Positions 42,961 to 57,210 are shown, numbered from the stretch's first letter. The stretch: 64,000 bases of DNA from Eledone cirrhosa (GCA_964016885.1 OZ024742.1:119598001-119662000), one strand, 5' to 3'. Numbers and translations: made by a program. Notes: a model not told the origin generated them from the letters alone.

Positions 42961-43119
42961 TGATAATGAGCCAAGTGTTTCTTTGAGTTGGAGGAAATAC
43001 CTATTAGTTTTATTTAGGCAAGTCTTATGTCATAGGTGGATTACTTTCATTACCATATTTTGTTATAGGGAGTACTTGATACAAGGAATTTGTAAATATC
43101 ATGTATGTCTTGAGCTAGT

Positions 43120-43315
43120 AATGTTTTCTGACTTAGGCACAAGGCCAGCAAATTTTTGCGGGGAGGGGAAAGTCGATTAAATTGACCCCGGTGCATCACT
43201 AGTATCGACCCCGTAAGGATGAAAAGCAAAGCTAACCACAGCAGGATTTGAACTCAGAACATATAACTCTATACTGCAAAGCATGTTGTCTGATGCTCTA
43301 GCGATACTACTAATA
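43120..43315 (-). mobile_element. MetaSINE-type SINE
   Basis: ggcacaaggccagcaa...tcgaccccgtaaggatgaaa...ggatttgaactcag. Confidence 0.75.
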
Positions 43316-44429
43316 ATCAACCAATAATGTTAAGTGATGTGGATATTGTGTGAATCATTTGCAATTAGAAAAGTTAGAAAATTATGCCAGACAAGAAATA
43401 TGTTTGGTCAATATCTTGTGTTATGAAAGGTAGAGGTGAGCAAAATAGAAAGTAATGTGTTTATAAGAAATCAATTGATTCTTTTCTTATTTATGGCATT
43501 GCTAAACATTCATATATGTAAAATTAGAAAAGGAAAATATATTTGAGAAGACAATATAGATTTCAAACATGTGTGTGTATTTAGTTTGCAAATAATAGTG
43601 TGCCACTGATAAAACTGATATTGTTACCATATAAAGAAAAGATGACACTATTATTTAACAAAGCCATTAAGATGATCAATACTTGTTATTTTATCTTTTC
43701 AGGACATTTTAGTCAATATTTTATTCAGCTAACTTCAGACATATTTTTTGCCTGTTTGCTGAAAACAATTTATTGTTTGAATCTAAACCAAATGTTTTTC
43801 ATAATGCAACCATTCCTAATATATTTCCCCACGAGTTTTGTTATATTTATTTGGCAAATTCTGTTATAATTCCACATGAGTGCCTCATTGAACAACCCTT
43901 CATTTTCTGGTTAATAAGAGTTAACTGTTTGCAAAATAATTAGTGTGGGATAATCTTGATTCTCAATTGTATTTAATTATTTCTCTGGTATCATAATTTG
44001 GAGTTTGAATGTCTCAATGTTTTGCTGCAAAGTGAACAGTTTGTGGTTTATCTCTCTAGCTAGATATATCCACTAGCAATTGAATTATAAACATTTACTG
44101 ATTATAAACTTCAATAAACATTTTATATCTAATTATTGCAAATAGCGAGCAAAGAGTGTTTTCTTGTCTGTTGTTTACTACATTTCATAGTGATTTATTT
44201 TTACTGTTACATTGTTGATATGTACTGGTGACCTTCAATAAACTGTACTCATAGGAGCAGAAAGCTATCTGTGTTAACTCAACATCTGATTGACCATATA
44301 GGCAAATTAAGAGGCTAATTAATTAGCAAGGATGATGGAATGCTATTTTTCAAAGAGGGATGTAAAAGTAAATAATAAACAGGATGGGTGCCTTTAAACT
44401 CATTCTCTCTTATGTACACATATATACAC

Positions 44430-44730
44430 CAGGTCTGAACACAAAAGAAACGAACTCCCACTGTCACTGCTTCCATCTCTCCCGCTCTCCCCATCTCTCA
44501 TTGTGAGCAAATGGGTGTCCATGCACTAGCCATCCTGCAGCCCCGGCGGACACAATAGAGAAGGTGTTTCCCCAGAGGATGGTGAGGGAGATGCACTGGA
44601 AGAACCAAGTAGCCAACTCTGTGCCGATGGTGGTGAACAGGGAGGTGGCCCTAGGGCCAAGGACACCAGAAGTTTCCACTGCCACAGGCTCAACCACAAA
44701 CCTGTCGGAGAGCGACTGATATTTGGATGT
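44430..44730 (-). mobile_element. CRE-like non-LTR retrotransposon 3' fragment (restriction-like endonuclease tail)
   Basis: KYQSLSDRFVVEPVAVETSGVLG...WFFQCISLTILWGN resembles the 'P.A.ET.G..G...QR.S.A..RGN' C-terminus. Locally GC-rich. Confidence 0.7.
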
Positions 44731-45329
44731 AAACTGATGAAATGTTGTTTGGTTTGGGTTTAGATTTTTCTCACTCTTCTATTAGGCCCCCTTACTTTTC
44801 AATGGAGCACTCAGATTTAGAAAACTTTATGGTGATATTCCAAAACCCAGCCTTAGAATTATTGTAAATTAAAGTGTTCACACAGGAAGTTCTGAAGCCC
44901 CCTTCCCCAGGAGCAAGCATCTACGATAATTTTAGATTGTCCCCACACTGTGAAATATGGCTTAACTGTTCTGGAGGACAGAAAATGTTTCTAGCTGTCT
45001 TAATGAAATGTAATAAAATTGTTTTTACTGAAAGAACAACATTCATCTCACAAAATTTCTATGAACATTTGAGAGCCGTCACACATGAGGTCTTATTTGC
45101 AAATGCTATTGTAGTGAGTATCAACTATATAATACAACAATTGTGGTTGGTTGATTCTTTATTGGCTCTCCATACAATGTTATATATTAGTTGAACAATA
45201 TAAACCAATGAAATAATAGAAATGTTTATTTTTTACAATTTAATGTGCAATTATTAGCAATGGAGATAATCAGCTTTTAGATATATTTAACATTTCAGAG
45301 TTATTGTACATGAATTAAGCACGCAGTCT

Positions 45330-45595
45330 GCCCTGTAAAGCTGTAGTGCTGGGGCTACAACAAAAAGCAGTCAGTGCACTCTTTAAGGTGATAGTGCTAG
45401 AGTCACAATAAAATGCTCCCAGTACACTCTGTAAAGTGATTGATACTAAGAGCATCTAGCCATAAAAACCAAGCCAAAAGTGGAATGTATGAGCAAGACA
45501 GTCATCTGACCAGTCAAGCCTCAATACATGGCAATCTGTCTAACTCACACAAGCATGGAAAATAGACATTAAATGATAACGATGATGATGATGAA
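45330..45595 (+). mobile_element. Old RTE 3' UTR fragment
   Basis: agtacactctgtaaagtg module and agcatggaaaatagacattaaatgat(gat)n tail. Confidence 0.65.
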
Positions 45596-46283
45596 GGAAG
45601 TTGCCTTCAGCTTTGTTGAATGAAACATCAACCTAGAATTTGATGTATAGTGATCTGTATTATCCCACCATCAGTTAAGTACATACGATGATACAGTTAG
45701 CAATATGGTCACAGTGATATCTCAACAACTATCACTATATTTCATTAAAGGGGACAGAAAAATTAGTTTCCTGTTGTTGTCTACAATTATATTCTTGAGT
45801 TAACTAAATATTTGTTACAAATTTACCATATTTGGTAAATGTGCAGTACTTAGCCCAGCTAGAATATATAACCCTACAACACAGATAAAGATAGCAATAG
45901 AAGTCAACACTGATGGTTACTCTTAACTCAGATTTTGTCTAGTTTATCAAAGTGATCCAGTTTAACAAGGGTTCACTGTATATAGAACTTATGAAAACAT
46001 ATAACCAAATAATATTCTCTTTTAATAATTGCGTCCTTTATAGTTAATTCTTTCAAATTACCATTTAGCAAATAGTTTCCACATTTACGACAATAGGTGA
46101 TGTGTCATGAATGAATTCCTTCTACATATCCAATCTTTCACACTTAAATTCTTCATTTATCATATTCTGCCAAGTCATTCCTTTTCATTCTTCTTTTGAG
46201 AATCGTTTATTTTTAAGTACCCAGTCATAATTACTGTGCGGCATCTTGGTTCTGATGTCGGCACCATACTGTCTGACTTTGAT

Positions 46284-46323
<40 letters not shown>

Positions 46324-46544
46324 ATTTAGAAGATTCCCAAACTGTTGCTTCTTGTGTCTATGGCTTCTACTCCTTACATTTTCATTATACTTCTCTAGAA
46401 ATTAATTTATCAAGAGAAAAACTGATTGTCAGTGGGGAATCAGTGTATTACACAACAATTCATAGATCACTGTTTACTTCCAATTGCAACAATGCAGTTA
46501 ATGCACTTAAAATGTTGAGTCTTTGCAGTCTATTTGAATTTACC

Positions 46545-46640
46545 TGACTTTGCCTTTCATCCTTACGGGGTCGATAAAATAAAGTACCAGTAATGAACTG
46601 GGTAATTGCTGGCCTTGTGCCTAAAGTAGAAACAATTATT
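46545..46640 (+). mobile_element. 5'-truncated MetaSINE-type SINE
   Basis: Exact 3' half of the family consensus. Confidence 0.82.
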
Positions 46641-49079
46641 ACTTAAAGAAATAGCATCTCTTTTAACATAATTAGAGTGTGAAAGTAACAAGCTCAAGAT
46701 GATGGTTTTAGTATTCAAAACAAAGCTTATTGGTTATGGTGGAAACATGGATGGCAAGGGAATTCTAGAAAAATATGCTTTGACAAAAGAATTTGGCCAA
46801 GTATTTTTCAAGGAGAAGGAAGTGAGAAGTACATGTTTTTAGTAGATCAAGTTAGGATCAAGTGTACAATTAAAATATTTGATTTTGTCCATAATGTGAA
46901 TAATGGATATTCAGCCCCATATTTTTAGCTGTACATGGAATATATATGTGTCTTATATAATATCAGCAGTTATTCAGGACTGTATCTTTTAAAGATGTTG
47001 TCCTGAGAAGGTTGTAATTGGGAAGTTAGGATTGAACCGAAGCCTGTGCAAATTGGTGTAATTTCTTTTGTATTTTTTCTCTTCTTTAGTTTATTTTAGC
47101 CACCATGGCAAAATCCATACTCTAGCCCTGTCTTTAGAGGATAAAGAATCATTTAGTAGTTTTTTGTGAAGATGTAAACTGGTTGCAGTTAACCACAGTT
47201 GATCTCTGTGAGTAGCCCACTTGAAAATTGGTGGCCTTAGTTGAGCACCAGTTATGTACTGTCAGAGCACATGATATCCAATTTTGTATTAGCTGTTAGG
47301 CTAGTTCCTATGGAATCCTATGGATTCAGGCCTTTGCTGAATATCTTTTTCTCTGGTAAATTGAAATACAGACGAATTACCCAAGAAGAGGTATATTTGG
47401 CAGTGGTGCATGAATAGATTGTATTATTCTCAAACCAGGAGCTTGATTTGAAGACATGTAACCTTTAGCCCTTTTATTTCTAAATTGCCCGAAACTATCT
47501 CTGGTTTTACAACACTAAACTGTTAATTTTATAGTGTTTCTATTTATTTAAAATCCTTTTTTCATAAGTTTATTCCAAGTACCAACTTAATAATGAGAAA
47601 GTTAATTATGTTACTAAACTTCTCTGAATTCTTGATTATTTCCAAAATTATTTGAAAATCACAGATAATGTCTGTCATTTGAAATATGGCAATTGAAAGT
47701 GTCAAAGAGCCAACAAATGGTGTTAAACCAAATGGCATATTAATCCTATCACTTGAAAGCTTTCAAACTGGGCAGTGTGTTAATTCTACTACTTTAAAGT
47801 TTAACTTTCAAGTGATAGGATTAACACACTGCTCAGTTAAACTGAGCAGTGTGTTAATCCTACATTGAAAAAGTATTTTCCGGCTCTGAAAATGAAACAA
47901 CACTTGTGATGTTCATATGAATGTCATGAAAGGTTATTTATTGGAAATGTGTTGGTTTTAACTAGATGTTTTAAATGGTATGTACATAGAACAAGTACTC
48001 AAGTCGAGTATGTGTTTCCATTTGGAACTGATGACTCTGTTTCCTGCCATTTTCATACCTTAGGTGACAAAGAAATGTTAAAGTGTTATGAATGTGATAT
48101 TATATACTGGGGGGTACCCATTTTGTTACTGTTTAATGAGGTTAGTGTTGAGTTTCTACTGTTGGATGACCATAAGTTCTTTGGCTAAAAGAATTGTATA
48201 TTTAGGTGAAGGATTGATGTAGAGTGGTGAGATTGTATGTATATAGAGGTAATAGCAAATAGATATAAATATGTAAAACGGGAAAAGAATAGGTGAGAGT
48301 TAATTGAGCCATTTTCATATTCTAGCATGAATTAGCATGATCTACTCTGCAGCTTATTGCTATTCATTCCAACTAGATGTCCTATTTTCTATGAGTTTTA
48401 GTATTCTTACATCTAACTGATGTTAGTTCTTGGCCCAATTTTACCACCACCACACCTTAGTACATTTGTGTACATCATGATCTTCAAATTAAATGTGCAT
48501 ACCAAGTAACTTCTCTTCTGCATATACTAACTGGTGTCTTTGATGCTCATGCACTTTTCAAATCATTCACTCTGTCTTTTCTACTATATTCACATTGATT
48601 ATCCATTGGACCATACTCAACTCACTCCTGTCAATCACTGTACAGCCATATTCACTACTAATATTTCACTGAGATACAGATCCGCACTACTTATATATCT
48701 CATAGAGCCAAATTGTTAGTAAAGAGAAAATAATGCTTCTTTTTCTTTTTTGTCAATTAAAGTAATAATTTTTTTAACATTATCCACTTAATGTCCATTT
48801 GAGCCACACTACTTTCATATCATTTACTTGCACACTAGCTATATTACTTAAATAACGGGATTTATCTACTACTTTCAATAAAATATCTGAATACCCGCAA
48901 CATTTTAAAGCAATGAACAGTTAAATGATTTTTGCCAAAGGCTTTTCTCATAGTAGTGTCATTGTAGAAATGTAGAATCTGTTACTTCATTCTCTTGTAG
49001 AAACTGCATCCTATACTAGTTATTAATTTAGTATACCTGCCTTAATGATTTCTATTTACACCTTGGAACTCCATTCTTT

Positions 49080-50119
49080 GCCCCAAATGCAAACAATGGG
49101 TACACAAGAGATGTAGCGGGATCTCAGGAAGCTTAATTAAGAATGTAGGATTCACATGCAGCAGCTGTGCTGAAACAGCAAGCAAACAGCCACAGGAAAC
49201 AAGTACCACCAATCTCTGGGAGGGCCCTGTAGAAACAGTAGACAGCTTCTGCTACCTAGGTGACCGAATTAGCAACGGAGGTGGGTGCTCAGAAAGTACA
49301 ATAACTAGGGTAAGAACGGGATGGAAGAAGTTTAGGGAACTACTACCACTGCTAGCTGCAAAAGGCTTCTCCCTCAGAATGAAAGGCAGACTGTATGATG
49401 CGTGTATCCGAACAGCGATGTTGCATGGTAGTGAGACCTGGGCGCTGAAGGTGGAAGACTTACGTAGATTAGAGAGAAACGAAGCCTGCATGCTCCGATG
49501 GATGTGTAACAGTAATATACGTGAACGACAAAGCATAAAGGAATTGAGAGAGAGACTGAGCATAAGAGGAATCAAATGCTGCGTGCAGGAGAGGCGGTTA
49601 CGCTGGTATGGACATGTGATGCGTATGAAGGATGACAGCTGCATAAAAAGGTGCAGAGCACTAGAAGTTGATGGAAACCGCGGAGTGGGGAGACCCAAGA
49701 TGACTTGGGATGAGGTGATAAAAGCCGACCTTACCCAACTACACCTCTCAAAGTCAATGACACACGACCGTGACTTCTGGCGTCACGCAGTAATACAGGG
49801 TACCCGACCTCCCATGGGTACATGCTGAAGCATATAAACAATATGCCCCCCCCCACCGCAAGGTGGTCGTGGAGGTGCCACGGCAAAAAAGCACCCAGCC
49901 CACACTGTAAAGTGGACGTGTAGGCGCCACGAAAAAGCACCCAGCACTCACTGTAAATGAGGTTGGTGTTAGGAAGGGCATCCAGCTGTAGAAATCAAGC
50001 CAGATCAGTTCCTGTATGAGCAAGGCATGGTCAGCCGACCAGACACTGCCCACAACCCGTCTAACCCATGCTAGCGTGGAAGAACAGACGTAAAACGGTG
50101 ATGATGATGATGATGATGA
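49080..50119 (+). mobile_element. 5'-truncated RTE LINE with (GAT)n tail
   Basis: 149-aa ORF KGRLYDACIRTAMLHGSETW...RLRWYGHVMR...GRPKMTW, plus 3' UTR and tail. The 5' boundary is approximate. Confidence 0.92.
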
Positions 50120-52097
50120 CCTTGCCACCTTAGAGTATTTCTTGTATTAATTAGTTGATGCTAACTTATCATTTTTATCTAATTAAATTTGTTAGTTCTC
50201 TCTTTAACATAAATTCAATAGTGAAGGTTGAAGGTTGATCATGCCTTTTTATGCTGCCTATCCAAATTATGATGCATATATATATTGGCCATGAGTATCT
50301 AGCTTAGAATAAGCACACTGTATCTCTGCAAGTCAAAAGAAGCGACTAAAAGGTTTGGAGTCAGGAAAGGCATCCAGTTGTAAAACATTGTCTCAAAATG
50401 TCTTATCCAACCCATGCTAGCATGGATAGGTTGACGTAAAAACGATGATAATGTCGATGATATTTTTGGATGGTATACATTCTACATCCCATCCATTCAA
50501 GTTCCCTGAACTCTTAATAGAGTCATAGATACTCTTGTGATATACAGCATGTTTTGTTCCTTTAAATCTAGTTGATCTTAACCCTCTCCAGGTTTGAACA
50601 CAACTGATTCCTTCCAGAGAAAGAGAGAAAGAACAAAAGAGAAAGTGTGAAAGAAAAAATAGTCTCCAGACTGGGACTTTAACAACCCTGAAAGGATGTA
50701 CAAGCAAAGTTGTTGTTGGTGGGATAGAACCTCAGGGCTTTAACAACTCTGCCAATTTGTCACCTACAATCTTCATTACAATTCACAGTACTTCAGTGTT
50801 CTTATCCACTGTTAAATGTCCCTTACATATGTTATTCACTCAGACTCTTAGCATCAATGAATTTATACTTGAAAGCACTATAGACGTTTTTTGCTATCTT
50901 TTAACTTGATTTATTTCCTAATGAAGCTCAGTTTCTAGAATATTTTTTATTCCAGTATATTTTCACCCCAGAAAAAAAAAAAAAAAAAAAAAAACTACAA
51001 ATGAAATATTTAAAATATTTTTAACAAAAGTAGATTTCAAAATCTAAAATTATGTTACTGATTTACAAAGATTTATTTCAAAAGTCATAAATAATACAGG
51101 GATAAATAATTCAAATAAATAACGTAAAAATAATTTAATTTCAAAGCATTTGTAATACTTTTTTATTGACAAGTTTTATATATGTATAACTACATTTTTT
51201 ATCAACAATGATAAAATTTAACAACTTGTGCAACATTTCAATTTCTGTGAATAACTTTCTTCCTCTTACAATGAACACTTGTCACCAATAGATATATTGA
51301 CAAGATTTCTCATAAAATCAATGTTCCTTTATAAAATTGTCGATACAATTGAATATTTCTTCACAAGTTATTTTCCAAAGGTTCAATTAAGCAGGCTTTT
51401 TTTTCTTGTCTGTCATTAAATATATTACAAACAAATACTAACAAACATTAATTGGCTACAGTGGCAGTAAATTAAATTGAGTATAGTCATCTATGCAATG
51501 TTAGTTGGGTCTCAGATAAAATACTATGCAGCATTTATTTCAGCTCTCTGTGTTCTAAGGTCAAATCCTGTTGAAGTCAACTTTGCATTTCATCCTTTCA
51601 GGGAAAGGAGTACTCTCTAGGGTCATGGACTGGTGGAATTGTTAGTGTATCAACAAGATGCTTTGATATAATTGTCCTGTCTGTCCATTCTAGGTTCAAA
51701 TATTTCTGTGGTCTGCTTTGGTGGTAGATTTATTTGCCCAGTTTAACACCACGAGCTAGCCATTGAGTGTTTTTAGCAGAGTCCACTCTGTTGAAAGCAT
51801 TTGGCCCAGAGATCCTTAGGGGCCTTGAAAAGGGTAATGGGCACTGCCTTTCCCTCCCTGAGTAAACAGTAAAAAAAACATGTAAAACATACTCATTATA
51901 TGTTTTTAATCTACAAATTTCTTCATTATGTCATCATCACTTTTAGGCTGAATGAGTTGTTACAGGCTAAGTCCTTATTGGAGCTATTGCCTTCCTAGAT
52001 GGGCTGAAGGATTACATCTTACATACTTTTCAAGTTTTGGCATGGTTTCTAAGCTTGAATGCTCTTCTAATGCCAACCAGTTGTTTGACAACTGTAT

Positions 52098-52550
52098 AAT
52101 AAAAATAATAATAATAATGAAATTATAGTGTACAGTGCTCAGGTGCACTACAACTCATCAAAGGTGCATGTATAGTACATAGAATAATTTTCTACTTTTG
52201 GCACAAGGCCAGCAATTACCCAGTGCATTACTGGTACTTTATTTTATCAACCCCGTAAGGATGAAAGGCAAAGTTAACCTCGGCGGGATTTGAACTCAAA
52301 ATGGCAAGGGCCATAACTCTATGCGTCAAAGTATGGTGTCCAACCTTCTACTGATACTTCCAATCCACTGCCCCTAGTATAGTACATCGAATAATGTACA
52401 AATGTCAGGAAAGTGAACAGTGTATGAGTCATGATATACACACAGATACATGTGTGTGTGGAGGTGGAATATCACGTGTAGTGTTGGTGAATTTCAGAAA
52501 GTTTGGAGGTTTTGAAGGATGCAGTGTCCTGACTGATGCAGCTAGTTTGT
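52098..52550 (-). mobile_element. CR1 3' end interrupted by a MetaSINE-type SINE (52189-52375)
   Basis: Matches 27205-27410. The SINE is flanked by a 19-bp duplication gtatagtacat(a/c)gaataat. Confidence 0.85.
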
Positions 52551-53894
52551 AAATAAGATTCCTCAATATTCATGCAATTATATCCCCAAAACAAAGATTG
52601 TTAACTCCAAATTATTTGTATTAGTTATTTTGTAATGTCTCAGTTACATTTTTATTATCTACTATAATTTAATTTAGAAGCAGGACTTTTTCAAGGCTTT
52701 CACAGTTTTCATGGAAGAAAATTTTCATCTTTGTCTTGATCATAATGTGGTTTGTTTTTGAATGCCTTCAAAGTTTAGTCAGAACAAATTTAAGTATTCT
52801 GTTCCACACACTGCATTGGGCCACTGAACAAATTATTTACAGTTCACATGAATGCTGAGAAATAAATATTTTTCATCATACTTTGTTTTAATCTTTTATC
52901 ACTAGTTTCCAAATTTGGGCACAAATTATGCATAATAAATACCATTTTCTATCGGATCTCTCCTACTTCAAGAAGAAAAAAAAGAAAATATTTTGAGTAG
53001 TAGTTTTGATATTAATTAATCATGATTATCTCTTAGAACAATGTTTTCCAGAATAGTTTTTGAGAAGTGTTGTTCTGACTTTATAGCTGCTTCATTTAAC
53101 AGCATGATTAAAGCAGATGTTTTTCAAAACATTCTTACACTTTAAGTATTCATTCCTACAAACTTTTTCTTTTATTATGAGTGCTATTGTACCTGTATAA
53201 TAATTCATATTTTCAGCCATTTTGCCTTTTTTTAATGTCTCCTTCTATTGCCCTTTTGACATTTGCAATAATATTAATAATTCTTTTTCTTTGTTAAATG
53301 GATTTATCATAATGTTATACGCTTAGCTTCTACATAAGTTTACCATCTATGTTTGACTTATTTCCTTGTCTGTCCCAGCATCCCATCACATTTTCTTTTA
53401 CTTGGTTGCATCCCTGAAGACTTTATATTTATATGTTGACTGAAGTAAACCATCTCTTATATTGAAGCAACTGTTTATCATCATTTTATGCTTGCTTTCC
53501 ATGCTAGCATGGGGTGGACATGTTATTACAGTCTGAGTCAGTTCTTATTTGAAGTTAAAACTCCATCCTCCAACTCACTCGTATATTCTATTTGGGGAGA
53601 GCTTCTGAGCCTGGGTGTCTTCCATAATACCAACCACTTCACAGAATGATCTGGATGTGGTTTATCGTGGCACCAGTATGAGGGGATCCTTGACATGAAA
53701 GGAAAAATCCTCCCTATAATATGTTATCTCCATTTGATTGCCAACCACTTTACAAAGTGTAGTAGGTGCATTTTATTGTGGCACCTATACTAGAGAGGTT
53801 GCCTTGTCCACTGCAAGACTCTCTGTCCTACATAATCTTCATTCTTTCATGACAAATGTAACTGAGAATATGATAAGAAGGGGAGTGATGGCTG

Positions 53895-54215
53895 CCTCCC
53901 ATGCCATGTTGCTCTCAACCAGATTATAAAGCATGGCCTGGACATCACAGGCTTCCCTTCCCAGCTCGAACCAGCTAGGCTGGACTGAGGGGATGGTAAA
54001 AGGCCAGACAGTATGACAATCTTCTTGTTCCGCAGTGGTAGGTCCCTCATCTGGGATGATACATGTTGAAATACCTTCTCTAGTGGCAACCTGGTACATT
54101 TGGCTGCCATCTCAGGCTTTTCTGCCTGCTTGATCAATGAGGTCAAATTGTCAAAGTATCAGCTGCTCTCTGATAGATTTGTGGTCAAGCTTGTGGCAAT
54201 GGAGGCTTTGATGTC
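53895..54215 (+). mobile_element. CRE-like retrotransposon fragment (PD-D/ExK restriction-like endonuclease)
   Basis: Translates EPARLD*GDGKRPDSMTIF....GRSLIWDDTC*NT, then KYQLLSDRFVV (overlaps the family sequence at 44430-44730). Confidence 0.75.
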
Positions 54216-54722
54216 AAATTATAGGGGTGATGGTGAGAGAGTGAATAGTGTTAAAAGTAATGGGTCATGGAGGAGGGATTGAATATGGACAGATCAGATG
54301 CCCTCCTTTACTTAGTTAGTGTAGTATTGTGGTATTATAATGGGTAATAGATAAGACAATAATGAATAAAGCAGGAGTATAGTGGACAGAAAACCTGATG
54401 GTATATTATACATACCAACCTTCATCACCATCACCTCTATTTTAATGGTCATTTCACCATGTTTACACTGATGAGCAGGTTTTATCCAGCACAGCATCTC
54501 ACCAGTTATCACAGTCCTTTGTCATATCTTTCATGAGGTTCAGCTTAATTAAGATGTTCATTATATTGATCTATGTCTTGTGTACTTGCACTTTCTCATA
54601 TACTTCTCCCAATATGATATCATAGTTATGTAGCTCAAGGTCAGCTCTGATTGATCAAACCTATCTCATACAACTAGTTTGCCAAATGACAGAGCATGAC
54701 TCACATATTCATCTTCCTAGTG

Positions 54723-54930
54723 AAGATGTGTGACCTAGTGGTTAGGGTATTGATCATAAGTTTGTGCGTTCAGTTCTTGGACCAGGTGGTATGTTGTGTT
54801 CATTAGCAAGGTGCTTCATTTTACATTTCTTTTCTTGAAAGGACTGAGACCCCTATCATTAAAATACCCAAGAAACCTCTCATGAGATGCAACCTTGTAT
54901 GAGGTCAGCAAAATCTGTATAGGTGTGGGT
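54723..54930 (+). mobile_element. Degenerate tRNA-derived SINE (family B variant)
   Basis: gtgacctagtggttaggg head. Body shared with 2880-3110. Confidence 0.6.
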
Positions 54931-56681
54931 TGTAAATTTTATTTCATACCATACCTCTGCCTAACTGAAAACCATATTGCACGCTCTGGTCTGTAGTATT
55001 TAGTCATATGATGTGTAGGGTAGCATTCTGTACATGTTGCACATACTCTACTGTTGGGTTTATTTCTGGCTGCTCACAGATTCTGGTGGTAGCCAGGAGG
55101 AGGTGTTCAGGTGAATTTTATCAGAGCATCACAATTATCATTCCTCCACACTTATCGTTGTTAGTGCATTCCAGCAGTATGTGGGCCTAATGTGACTATC
55201 AATGTTGTAGCTCTCTCTCTCTCTCTCTGGGTAGGAAAGATAGCTTTTAGGATGTAGTAGTAGTAGTGGTGGTGGTGGTGGTGGTGGTAGTGGTAGAGGT
55301 AGTAGTCTGGATGGTTATGTATATTTCTGTTGCCATTCATAATATTAGCTATGGTTGTAGTAGGAAGAATGATAATCATTATAAAGAATATCATAAAAGA
55401 CATTCACAAAATATCCTTAAAATATACAAAATACCATTCTCATCAATATTAGGGATAGATATTCTTGCTCTATTTTTTAAATATATGTAAATGACTTTTG
55501 TATATGTAGTTATACAAAGTCACTGGATAATTATTTATAATGCAATGGCAAGAGTAAAAGTGGAAGGGGTAAAATCTTATCAAGTCTTTCATATGGTTTT
55601 GGTTTCCAGTTGAAAGCCTTTTTCTTACCCCATCAATGTCCTTGAGAAAGGTGTGAACATCACTATCACTTTATCTCTTTCAACAACATTATCTTTTCTT
55701 TTTAATCATAGGAGGAAGAGCAACTTCTACAGGTGGGAGGATATTATCCGCAGACCATAAACCTGGCCTGAATGTCTGTTGTAGGTACCTAAGGGTCAAG
55801 TGGGGGTGTTAAACAGGATGACAGATACATAGAATTAAACTGACCTGTAGTCATTCAAATTTTTTTACAAAATTAATAAAACAGTTAATAAGACAGGGAT
55901 TTACTTACCACGACCAGTGTTTAGTCATGGGTAATTATATGTTGCATTTTCTAGGGCTAAGAAATTAATTGATGTTTTTTCTTGGTGTGGGGGGGGGGGG
56001 GTAGGGGGGGGGAGTAGTTGATGCCAATAATCAAAGGGAACAAAGAGGAAAAGCTATGATTAAAGTCTATTTTATAGATGGGAGTGTTAAATTAATGGTA
56101 TACATTTATAATAATAATAGTTTGTCAATAATTGTAATAATACAATGATGTAATAATATTTATATAACAAATGATTGGAGTGATATTAACTATTGGGTGT
56201 TACAGTAAATGTAACTATGTGTGACTCATGAGTAATTATTATGTTTGTGAACAACTGTGGAATTTCCATGGGTCCAACTAATATAAACTATTCTTGAAAA
56301 TATAGCTATATGCAAAATATAGTCGTAAGAAACTTACGTTTATTGTCATTATCATTTAATGTCTATTGTCCTTGTTGACATAGATTGAACAGGTTGTCAC
56401 AGTTGAAGTCAATACATTATCAGAGCCATTGACCTCACAAATGGGCCACAAGCCTCGGCTCACATTCATTCCAACCATTTACTCTATACAAGGGGATGCC
56501 TTGTCTTAAAGCAGTGTGTTTAGGGAATGAGAACTGGGATTAGTAGGATGTCAAGTACGACATAATAGTTGGGGAAGGTTGACAAGATTGGTATCTGTAA
56601 TTCAAATCTATGATATTATTTACTAGAGAAACTTATTAGAACACCATCTTGCTACATATGCCTCATTATTTTTTTATCCAG

Positions 56682-56871
56682 AAGGCGGTGGATTGGCAGT
56701 ATCGATAGAGAGTCAGACATAATGCTTTGAAGCATAGAGTTACATCCCTTTACGATCTGAGTTCAAATCCCGCCGAGGTTAACTTTGCCTTTCATCCTTA
56801 CGGGGTCGATAAAATAAAGTACCAGTAATGTACTGGGTAATTGCTGGCCTTGTGCCAAAAGTAGAAACAAT
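56682..56871 (+). mobile_element. Full-length MetaSINE-type SINE with target-site duplication
   Basis: Complete consensus, flanked by attattttt(t)tatccag at 56665-56681 and 56870-56885. Confidence 0.92.
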
Positions 56872-57027
56872 TATTTTTTATCCAGTACTTAGTTTTTCAA
56901 TTTACAAGCTTCTTTGTGAAATTTAAAAAAAAAGATTTCGCTAAGATAGAAGTCTCGCACATCATTGCTATTACTTGGAACTCATTTTATGGGAATTGAA
57001 ACATTTTCCTTATGCCTGTATGCAGTG

Positions 57028-57210
57028 CAGTGCCAGGTTTAGAACAAATGAAGCCCTGTGCTAGTTAAGTTATGAGGCCTCCTTGAATAGTTGACATTTG
57101 AAAAACATTTGAAAAATTCATCGTAGAGATTTTTGGGGCTGGAAGATGACCCCCGGCCAACGAGACCCTGTGTTTAAGCGCACCTGAGCACAATCGTAAA
57201 TCCAGCACTG
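57028..57210. mobile_element. Possible hAT-like MITE
   Basis: Imperfect TIRs cagtgccaggtttag / gtaaatccagcactg and a GC-richer interior. No clear TSD. Confidence 0.4.

Noticed and set aside
43690-43870. Possible extra exon after ttatcttttcAG
   Set aside because: No convincing donor and no alpha2delta similarity. Exons 1 and 2 already join in frame.
46265-46322. Poly-A tail of a processed pseudogene (also 50970-50994)
   Set aside because: No upstream ORF, polyadenylation signal or target-site duplication recognised.
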